DNA from: Gracilinanus agilis
Taxonomy: Eukaryota
Direction of reading: 5' to 3'
Assembly (NCBI RefSeq): GCF_016433145.1
Contig: NC_058134.1
Span: forward strand, 306,385,373 to 306,449,372
Length of the DNA stretch: 64,000 nucleotides
The position numbers were made by a program, and so were the translations under genes. Of this stretch, positions 51,081-64,000 are shown one piece after another (position 1 is the stretch's first letter; each line of letters starts with the position of its first letter). The notes below the pieces were generated by a model that had not been told where the DNA came from, searched no databases, and saw nothing but the letters and a program-made list of their open reading frames with translations.

Positions 51081-51989
51081 TTAAAGGAGAAGGCACAGGG
51101 GTAGTTAGATGGTTCAGTGAATAGAGAGCTAGGTCTGGAGATGGGTGATCTTGGATTCAAATCTGGCCTCAGACACTTTCTAGCTTTATAACTCTAGGCA
51201 AGATGATCAGTTCTAGGCAGAAGATAAGAGTTTATAAAAAAATAAAAAATAACCAGGAAAGAGGGATAGGGAGAGGAAGCATTTGATTAAAGATCGATAG
51301 TGGGGAAAACAGAACCCTTTCTTATCATTGGAGTATATAACTACCAGTACAGAAAGAGGAAATAGAAGAGCATTGGGGGGAAAAAATTGCTAGCCCAACC
51401 CAGAGGCATTATATAGTAATGATGCAAGACTTCAAATATCCAGACATACGCTAGAGCTCCCTTTGCTAAAAGTAGAGCAGCTAACAACTTCTTAACTTTC
51501 CATGATGAGATTTTCTTCCTTCAAAAGGTGGAGATTTCATTACCCAACCCTACCCCAGTCCTGAATCTAGACCTGATCTAGACCTGTATAATTTTTCCAT
51601 GCACAAAAGATTTTACTCTGTATCTATATCTGTATCTAACAGGAAAGAACTGATTGCTAGTATAGAAATGATGTGACCATTCTCTCCTGGAGGTGGAGGT
51701 GGGAGGGTTTTCCTAGGGGGCATGGCACCTCTGGATGGCTCTTGAGAAGGGAGTGTTACCCAGGTAGCCTAGTGGCTTCTGGATGGTTTTTTCTATTTGT
51801 AATTCTTTAGTTTACTCTACCCCTCCACCAGAATGATCTAGATGCTTGGTGATGTTTTAGACCCAAAAGGTTTTCTTGAATTAGCTGCTACACTACTGTT
51901 TGTTTTTTTTTTAAAGCTGTTTTCTTAGTGAAAATTAATGTATCATGAGTTGATCCATGTGTTTGGATCATACAATCCCCCCCCCCCTC

Positions 51990-52654
51990 AGGTGGGGATT
52001 GTATAATTATCATAAAATTCTCATTTTATAAAAGTTTTTCTTGTTTGAGAGTAATTTTTGTGTAAGAAACTTGCTGCTTCCCAGAAGGCCATGGAGATGC
52101 CTACAGAAATCTCACACTGCACCAAAAGATCCAGAATGAACTTTGGGATGTAGTGAAATTGAACTGTGGGGGGTTGAATGCATTTGTTTTCAATGTACCC
52201 TTTTATGCCAAAGGGAACTGCCCCCTAACTGGCTTTTTGTCAATGTGCCTAGCAATCATTGGTTTTGTTCTCTTTCCCTTTTATCCCCAACTTATTGCGA
52301 TATTATGTTTACATGATCCATTGGGGAGACTAGTCTCCCAAAGGATCCCAGGGAGGATTGTGTTATTAGAATCTGTTACCCTAAAAAAAACCCTATGATT
52401 CTCAGAGCTCCACTCTCTTCCTGTCATTACGTGCTGACATAGTCAGGATATAAATTCTGTGGAGTTCCATCTCTCGCTCTCTTGTCTTCTTGTTGCAGCT
52501 TTGGTGGAGCGGGCTTTTTGAGCAGGTAGAAAAACTTAGTCATGTAGTTCTGTTTTGTTAGATAATTACCTTTTTACTTCTTTATTTCTAGTGATTATCA
52601 ATAAACTTATAAAATATAATAGTTGAAGTATTGGACATTAATTTAAATTTTACA
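51990..52654 (+). mobile_element. Second copy of the non-autonomous LTR internal segment plus LTR (52359-52654)
   Basis: Shared ttatgccaaaggg.actgcccc.taa.tggcttttt motif with 8060-8100; PPT gggaggat then TG...TACA; TATA-like and aataaa motifs in the LTR. Confidence 0.65.
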
Positions 52655-55600
52655 AGAGTTTGTGATAAAAAAAATCAAGGCAAGCTAGGTAGAATCTGAC
52701 ATGCACCATAGTAGGCTATGGGAGACTCAAAGTGTTCACAGAAATACAGTCCCTTTCTACCCAAGGAGATCTGAGAAACTCTCAGGAATGAAATGAAATC
52801 ATAAAATGAACAATTTCAGGAAGACAAAACAGAATCTGTCTGAGAAGACCAGATGTGCAAGTGAGCAAAGAAGTAACCCCTGACTTAGATTGTCTTTTGT
52901 TTCTTTGTTCTTTAAATCCTTACCTTCAGTCTTGGACTGAAGACAGGAGAGCAGTAAGGGCTAGGCAATGGGGATTAAGTGACTCGTCCAGGATCACACA
53001 GCTAGGAAGCATCTCAGGCCAAATTTGAACCTAGTACCTCCTGTCTCCAGGTCTGGCTCTCTCTATCCATAGAGCCACCTTGCTGCTCCGATATCTTTCT
53101 GTATGAAGTGATTTATATGATGGATACAGATCATGGAAAACTCCGTATATAACCTGATATAGGATGAAGTTAGCAGAGCCAAGAAAACAATCAATATTGT
53201 AACTACATCAATGTACATGGAAAGAACAACAATGCACCAAAGAAAGGAAGAAAATTACAAAGATCAAGTGGGAGTTGAATAAACAGAGAAGACACTGCCA
53301 ACCTATCCCTATGTGGAAGTGTGTGGGGGGGGCAGTTCACAGGTGTTATATAGGCACATGTTTTTGGCCTTTTTCTGATGGATCAGTTTTGCTGACTTTC
53401 CCTTTTTGTGCTGATTTTCCTTTAAAAAATATTATTTGTCACATGTGATGACTCTGTGGGAGGGGGAAAGAGAGGGCTACTTGGGACAACTATGGCAATG
53501 TAAGCAACAGAAAATATGACTAAAAATTTAAATAATTAAAAAGAATAAATTCTAGAGCATATTGCTAAACTGAAGTTAGAGACCAGAGACCAGAGACCAG
53601 AGGCCAAACAATATCCTGTGTGCCCCTCTTAAGATGTGATCAATTGACAGTTTCTTGGTTCTGGGAGAGCATGATATGTGGGAGCCCATCGGACTGGCTC
53701 CATCTATAATCGTGCTTACATTTGGTATATATCCTCAACCACAGCTATTGAAGTCAAGTCATATTTGGCTTCCAAAACATTGATTTCACAAATGGGACTT
53801 GAGAGAGGCAGTTTGTTTTGGGGGGTGGAGATCTGAGAGGTTTAGAGGGCAACAAGTTTGCAGTGTGATGGGGCAGCCAGAAAAGCTAATGAGATGATTT
53901 GGGGCTGCATCCAAGAGTATAGCAAAGTTTCCAGGAATGAGGAGGCGAGAGTCCCTCCATATTCCAAGTCTGGTATATTGTATTCAAATTGGGTTTTTCC
54001 AATTCAAATATAAGAGTTTACATTTCATCCTCATGAAGTTTCTAATAGAAAAGAATCTCAGACTCAATTCCATGCTCTAGTCTGTCAAAGAAGCTGGTTA
54101 GCCTGTTAGGCTTGTACCCTCTTGTCCATTCCTCTTTGCTCCCAGCTTTGGGTCATTTCCAGACTGGTTAACATTCCTTTATCCAAGTCCTTGGATAGAA
54201 GGGCTAACCAGCAGGACTGTCTGGGGGCTGCTTCATTTAGTAGTCATCTTACAGGGGAGGAAATTTGGATCCTGAGAGGTGAAAAAATAAATGTCCCATC
54301 TGAAAGAATGGGTAACAATAAACTAACAGTAACTTAGGGGAATGGGGAAATAGGTAGAAAATGGAAGAAGAAACACCAGTACAGCTACATTGCTGCTTAG
54401 GGAGAGGTAACCCAATGTAACTTAGCTGGGGAAACAAACAGTAACTGAAAATCAATACAGCCAGGGAAAACAGTTTAACCTCAGTGGGTTCTTGATGGCT
54501 GGGAAGGAGACTACCAGGAAGTTTATAAAAGTTTTGTTTAATGTTTAAGAAGGACAGGGAAGGAGGGGAGAGGGTTAGCTGAAATCTTAAAGTCTACAAA
54601 CAACTGTCAAAGGAATGTTGGCGTGGAATTGGCTACACTACTCTAACTCCAAACAGTCAGCACTGACAGGGCTGCAGAGGGAAAAGGAATTTGGGAATCT
54701 CACAAATCAGGTCCAAGATGATATCCAGATGTAATTGGTACACAGGAAAACTTCAAATACAGTAAGTTAATCCAAAGAGGGCTAGAGAGTAAAGGGCTTC
54801 CTGTTTGCCGTCCACCAAGAACAGGAAAAGCACCCAACTCTACCTAGTTCTTGATTGAAGCTCAAACTCATCTACTGAGATCCCAAACTTGTCCACAGGC
54901 TTAGATGAACAGATGCCACCTCTACCAACACTCTCCCAGGCAAAACCCTGCCAATTCCTCAGTCTCTGGGGCCAAAACTCTCTGAACATTCTGATTTTAG
55001 AATGTTCACAGCCTCAGCCAGGTTTTAGCTTAGTCTGTCTGCTTTCACTATAATAAGCCCTATCTATAAATTGTAAATTACCTATAATTTACAGAGGGGA
55101 CATGATTTAGCCAGAGCTGTACAATTAGTGAGTAGTAGGGTTTGGATTTGAACCCAGAGCTTCTGAGTCTATGCCTTCTGGGTGTACTCTCTTTGTCCAG
55201 GTACTCTGCTTCTGGATCTCAGAGTCCTGGTGTGAGATGAATGCTGGAACCAAGCTTGGTTGGTCTCTAGGGCACGTACAGGAAAATGGACAAGGTGGGT
55301 GCAAACTGGCCCTTTGGCTTTGACTGTGAATCACCAGTGTCACTGATACGTGTCACTGATGTTAACAGGTCTGATTGTTGTGTGGCCTACCAGTGTTCCT
55401 GGGCCAGCAGAGCTAAAGAGGTATTGTGGCTGGGGGCTCAGAGAGGTCCTAGTCCCTCCTTGGTGAACCTTTTCAGAGTTCCAGTGCCCAAAGGGCAAAT
55501 TCAAACTGTCTGTGAGCCCCCAGATTGTTGGAGAGTTGGGGGGGGGGAGGGGAAGTGCTTGCTTTGGGCAGCTGGAGAGATGGGGTGGGGCATGCAAAAA

Positions 55601-57135
55601 ATGTTCTCTGGCCCTGGGAAGAGGAGGAAGGGAGCAGATCCCTGAGTGCTGGCTAGCATGCCTTTGCCAACACTGCCCTAGTCCTTCACACTCTGCCCTC
55701 CCTCCCACAGGGGAGCTCTCTGGATTGGTCCCCAGTCCAATAGGATTGCCTTGTGCTGGTCCTTAACTAGCCTGCTGATGGGCTAAGTACACCTATTCTT
55801 TAAAAAAACAAACAAACAAAAAAAACTCCTACTTCCATCTTAGAATCAATGTTGTGTAATTGAGTTCAAGGCCCAAGAGCAGGAAGAGTTTGACAGTGAT
55901 TTGCCCAGGGTCCCACAGCTAGAGAGTGTCTGAGGTCAAATTTGAACCCAGGTCCTCCTGGCTCTAGATGTAGCTCTCAATCTACTGTAAGCCTTTTGTA
56001 GATAAGAGTTGCCTCCCAAGATTCTGATATTTTATTTTATTTATTTATTTTAAACCCTTATCTTCCACTTTAGAACAATACTGCATATTTATTCCAAGGA
56101 AGAAGAACTGCATGGGGGTTAAGTGACTTGCCCAGGGTCCCACAGTTAAGAAGTGTCTGAGGCCAGATTTGAACACTCTATCCACTGCACCACTCAGCTA
56201 CCCCCTAATTCTGGTATTTTAGGGAAAGAGGAGACCACCCAGATGCTCGGGGGCCCTAGGGACCTTAGGGATAAAGATAACAACAGGGACCAAGCTCTCG
56301 GGCTGGAAAAGCACTTTCCTTTCAGTCTCAGAGATGGGGCCTGGGTTATTTTCTCTATTTACCAAGAAGGAAACTGAGGCATGAGAGTCACATGAGAAGT
56401 GTTAGAGGCATAGTGGAAACCCCTAGGCCAGGTTCCCTCCCTCTGGATGCCCAACAGTCTGTATGCTAAAGTTGCTAAAGCGGCCCACTTGCACAGCCAG
56501 GATCAAAGAACAATGAAACCTCCAGGTCAGTCTGGGCTCTGGTGGGCCTCGGACCCACTGGGAAAGGGAAACAGGAAGTGGGTCGCTCTGCCCGCCCCCC
56601 ACCCCCACTTCCTAATTGGGCTCTGCAGGTTTCCAGGTAACGCCTTGTGCTGGGGCCCCCAGGAGCGGCTGCCACGGGGCGGCCGGGGGGCCTTGGAACC
56701 TGAGGGGCAGGCAGTGCCCCTTTCCATCCTGGACCTTCTAGGCCCAGGGGATGTCGGGATGTCCCGAGCTAGCGCGGCTGAAAGCTAGAAGAAGCCGCAG
56801 GTATAGGACAAGGTTTATTTCCGCATGGGGTCACCGCACACTGACAGACAGACACAGACAGGCTCAGGCTGCAGGGGCCCAGGGCCGGGGCTCCAGCTGC
56901 AGGGGCGGCTGGCCTCTGCGCCCAGGGCCAGAGAGAAGAGGGAGTATACTCTGCGGCCCGCCAGGGGCCTGCTTTATACCGCCGGGACGGAGGCGGCCAC
57001 AGCCACACAGGCTGACAGACGCTCAGGGGGGTGGGGGCGGCCGGACAAATGGACAGATGGACAGAGGCAGGGCTGGGCCAGGAGGCTTTACGAGAGGAAC
57101 CTTTGTGGGGTTTCACCCCTCGGGCCCCGCAGAGG

Positions 57136-59570
<2,435 letters not shown>

Positions 59571-62500
59571 CTAGGCTGGAGCCGCCAGGTCGGCCACGCC
59601 TCCGGCCGGTCTCCGAGGAGCCCGGACAACAAACAGAGAGGCCTTTTGGTGGGGAGGAACTGGGGGGGTTGGGGCCCCAGAACCCCGAGGCCACCCCGCT
59701 CCCAGAGGCAGAGACCAAGAAGCCCACCGGGCCACCCCCGTTTGCCTCTGGCAGGAGTCAGGGGCGTGGAGAAGAACCTCCGGGGGACTCGGAAAGGGGC
59801 GAGGGCGGGGTCCGTGGGAGGGGCTCGGAGTGAGTCAGTGAGGAGTCTGGGGGACTGCGGGGGGAGCTTTGGGGAGGGGTCAGTGGGAAGTTTGGGGTGC
59901 CGAGTGGGCATTGGACTAGGTGGCTGTTATGTAGACACGCACATCAGGAAAGGCCCTGCCGCTGCCTCTGGGGCCGCACTCACCTGCTGGGGCCCCGGCA
60001 GAGCCGAGGGGAGAAGTCTAAAGAAGCAGCGGCCCAAAAGTAGACCGACCATCCCGGTGGGAGGCCCGGGTCCCCTGGGCCTAACTTCAGCCCCGGCAGC
60101 TGCTCCAATGCCCCGCCCACAAACCCTATTGTGGCCCCGCCCCTCAGCCCCATTGTGGTCCAGTTCGCCTCTGCAAGAGCTGGATCCGCTAGCCCCTGCC
60201 TTAGTTTCACCATCACTCTCCCTGGAGCCCGGGAGCTAGTTGGTCGGTGCCCAGGGCGGGGGTCTGGACTCTTGGGTCCCGATCCCGGCTCTGTCCGTCG
60301 CACGCGGAGACCTAGAGCTTCTCCTTTGCAAAGTCTTCAGTAAAGTGGGGCGACCCCTCCCCACTCTGGAGCCGCTCTCCTCCCAAGGTCCCCCTGTCCT
60401 CCGGGTGTCGTGCTTTTCTCAGTCCCGGACCTCGGAACCCCCAGGGACCACCCGCTGGCTTTAGAAAGGCCATGCTCCTCCCCGCTGTCTTCTCCCAGCT
60501 TTCCCTAGCCCTTCCTAAACGAGCTCATTCTGTCCGGGGCTCTGGGAGTCTTGGGCTCCACCCCGGGGCTCCTGGGCACCGCCTGCCCCCCCCCCCCACT
60601 GGCCCCCGCCTGCCCAGGTTGCATTGACATGGAGGAAGGGCTTTAGCCTGGAAGCAACCAGAGACTGGCTGAAGACCTCTGAGCAGGAGGGGCGTGTAAG
60701 ACCAGAACTTTAGAGGGTCTCCTTGGCAGCCAGAGGATTGGCCTTGGAGGGATCGCTGGGCCGGTCACTGTCTTGAGTCCAGGTGAAAGGGACGGAGGCC
60801 GGCCCAGGTGGAGCAGTGTGAGGGGAGAGATACTGTGGAAGTAAATTGGGGGGTAGGGGAGGGGAAAAGATGTCTTATTCACAATGCCTTTTGTCCTGAC
60901 ATCACAGCCATTTCATCCCCGATCCTCCTCCTCGACTTGGGAAAACGAGCCCGATCAATCCAGGGGAGCTATCTCCCTGGTCCACCTCCTGCCCCGATGC
61001 ACACTGGGAGGAGGAAGAAGTCACTGATTGTTCTTCTGGAGGCAGAACTGACAGCAGATTGGATAGGGGAGGTGGGAGAGGGCACAAGAGGCATGCAGAG
61101 GAGTCTGAGCTTGTGAACCTGGGAGGGAACTGGGGTGCCACCAAGACAGATGGCAAAGCAGGGCAGCAGAGGGACTTTGGGAAGGAAGCTGATGTGGCTA
61201 CAGCCGGCCAAGTAGACTTGGAGGTGCAGGACTTTGAGAGAGCCCTTGGAGGGTCATTGGCTCTGAGGGGACAGATGAGAGCCACTGAGGCCACCAAGTG
61301 TGAGTGGAGAGAAAGGAGTGCCCAGGGCAGGACTGGGGAGTTGGGCAGGCAGGTAAGGAGGAAACCAGGAAGACAGAGGAGGCCAGCCAGATGGAAGAGA
61401 ATGACCTCAAGTGAAGATAGATGATTAGGAGTTGAGGAATAGGGGGTGGGAGTGGGGGGAGGGCAGCAGATCTAGGGTTAAGCACAAAGCAAGGGGAATG
61501 AAGGACATCTTGCTTTTCATAACTGTGTATTCTCAGTGCTGGTAATATCTAAACACTGGGCTATGGGGATGGGCATTTTGTCAGGGCTGGGAAGGGCCTT
61601 AGAACCAGGAATGTCACAATCTGGAGATACCTTTGTAAATGAAACAAAGAAAAGTAGAGTTGAGTAGAACCTTAGAACACTGCAGAATAATAGCTTTAGA
61701 GCTGGGAGGGGTTTTAGAACACAGAATATTGGAACAAATATTTATGAAGCTACAAGTAATCCTTAGGAAGGAATATGCATTTATTAAACTCTTACTATGT
61801 GCTGAGCTCTTAAATGAATATTTCATCTCATTTTTCACAACAATCCTGGGATGTCAGTGCTAGCATTATTCTTACAGATAAAGAACTGAGGCAGACAGTG
61901 ATTGTCTTGCCCAGGGTCAAACAGCTAGTAAGCATGTATGACTGGATTTGAACTCAGGTCTTCCCAACTTTTGCTCTGTACATTCTGGTGCCCCCTAGCT
62001 GCCTTATTTTAAGAGCTTATCTTATTCTGCCAGTAGCAACTACTTCCATTACTTTACTCCCATCAGCATTGGGGGTTGGGGGGGAGGAGAGACCAATCGG
62101 AAAAATAGGGATCTTGAAAGGACTATTATCCTCCTTCTATAGAAGAGGCTGCATAAGTGGAAAAGACTTGCCCAAAGTCACATAATGAGTCTGGAATTCA
62201 ACCCCATGTTCCATGACTCCAGCAAATCCAGTGTGACCTCAAGGCTCAGGAGAGTCATACAAACTGAAGAGAGCAAACATGGTCCACTCCTAAGAGCTCT
62301 CTTATGGCTAAAAAGAGGCATGGCCAGAAAGGATGGATGTGTAGCTCGGTGGGTAGGATATCTGTTGACTGCGGATCTCTGTGTAGCTCTAGAGAACTTC
62401 ACTTTGTTTTGTCTTGACTTCTTTGAACATTTCCCCCCTCTCTGGACCTGAAAAAATAATTCAGAAAGAGACTTGAGGAGCAAATTCGGAGGTCTTCGTA

Positions 62501-63399
62501 CAGGAGAAGGACAACCTGTTCTTCCTCTTATAGTCAGGTCACTTTTTTTTTTTTTTGCTTTGTTTTGTTTTGGTCTTTGGTTTTTAATAGACAAATAGGT
62601 TTTTAATAAAGAACCAGGGAAGAGGCGAAAAGGACACCATTTGCACTTTGGCTCTCTCTTTCCTTGATTTTTTTTTTTTTAACCCTCATCTTCCTTCTTG
62701 GAGTCAGTACTGTGTATTGGCTCCAAGGCAGAAGAGCAGTAAGAACCAGGCAATGGGGGTCAAGTGACTTGTCCAGGGTCACCCAGCTGGGAAGTGTCTG
62801 AGGCCAGATTTGAACTCAGATTTGAACCCAGAACCTCCCATCTCTAGGCCTGGCTCTCAATCCACTGAGCTACCCTTGGTGTTTTTTAAACCTCAGCTGC
62901 AGCCTTCCAGAGAGGAGAAGAAGGCCCTGCCAGGGGGTCAAGACAAGGAGCGCAGGGCAGCACAGTGACTGCCACCCAGCATGTCACCCAGAGTCAACGA
63001 TAGCTCCAGCTACTAAGATCTGGTGGCTGGTCAGCCAAGGGGAAATTTGTTTTCCCCAATTCCCTACAATCCAAAAAACTTAAGAGCGCACAGTGGAGGT
63101 TCTCCTCATACCTGACTGGGAGACTGTGAGACAATGTGCACTTGGGAAGCAGACCTTCTGCACCGAAGCCCGGGGACGGGGTGGGGGTGGGGTGGGTGGG
63201 GTGTGGCCACAAGAGTTTATGTCGTCCCTTGCACTGGCAGCCTGAAAATGACGAAGCCGCAAGATGCGGAGGGGCGGAATTCCCGGGCATGAAGAGGGAT
63301 GGGGGGAGGGAACTGCCATCTGAATAGCCCATTTCATGTTTTAATATTCGATCCACGTTCTGTCTACTAGACTAGATTGAAACCTGGGAGCTCGGGGGT

Positions 63400-64000
63400 G
63401 GGGACTGGTTAGAGGCAGAGAAACAGCGGGAGCAGAGGGCCACCTGCTGGCCACTTTGGATAGGACCGCCTCGCCCGCGTCCCCCGCGGAGGAGTCGGGC
63501 TCTCAGCTCCGGGATGGTTCCCAGGGGTCGCCCGCAGACAGGGGGAAACAGGGGGCCGAAGGCTGCTTCCTTTTCAGCCGGATTTGTTTTGCTTGGCAGA
63601 TCGAGGCCCACTTTGGAAGTATTCGCCATATTGCAATCCCTGCTTGTCGCTTCGGATGCCGCATCTTCTCCCACCATTGCTCCTCCCGTAGCCAGACGGA
63701 GCACCGATACGTGCCCGGCGAAACCGTCGCGGCAGTCTCGCCCCGCCATTAATCACTGCTGTTTGCACTTCACAGCAGTAACCTAGTATCGGTCAAAGGG
63801 CCGCTTAATTGCACGCGCCATTGAGACCGCCAGCTCTGCCGGCCTTCTCAGGTGACCCGGCTCTGTGGTACCAGGTGTGGGCGTGCATTTGTCTCTGGGA
63901 CCTCTGATTCATCCCCGCCCGGGGGCCTCGGACACCGGCACAGAATGCCGTCTCTAACTCGGTCCCCACCCAGAATATATCCGGAAGGAAATGTCTAAAC
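63400..64000. promoter_or_regulatory. CpG island of unassigned gene or enhancer
   Basis: Abrupt CpG enrichment relative to the flanks, GC boxes, TAAT and TCAAAG motifs; runs to the window end. Confidence 0.6.

Overview
Vertebrate genomic DNA. The repeat content (many tRNA-derived SINE1/MAR-type SINEs, L1, L2, MIR, ERV LTRs) points to a marsupial, probably an opossum-like didelphid (inference). The window is syntenic with human 22q13.33. Five conserved genes were reconstructed exon by exon with consistent splice phases: LMF2 (-, 14 exons, 698 aa), NCAPH2 (+, 20 exons, 605 aa, needs one GC-AG intron), SCO2 (-, single coding exon, 251 aa), TYMP (-, 9 coding exons, ~477 aa) and ODF3B/CIMAP1B (-, 6 coding exons, 253 aa). 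Bases 1-9000 and 44000-56300 are mostly transposon debris. The most interesting signal lies at 12394-13590 (+), left of LMF2, where ADM2/MIOX sit in eutherians. It is a compact candidate gene encoding a 78-aa prepropeptide: signal peptide, acidic pro-region, furin site REKR, and a 19-aa C-terminal peptide with a C-x4-C ring (ALEKGCFLELCDPEEPVNI). It has matched phase-2 splice sites and its own poly(A) signal, and I cannot assign it to a known gene. Recognisable MIOX or ADM2 coding sequence was not found. There are two assembly gaps (1812-1943, 11540-11845). All identifications come from reading and recall; no database searches were run.
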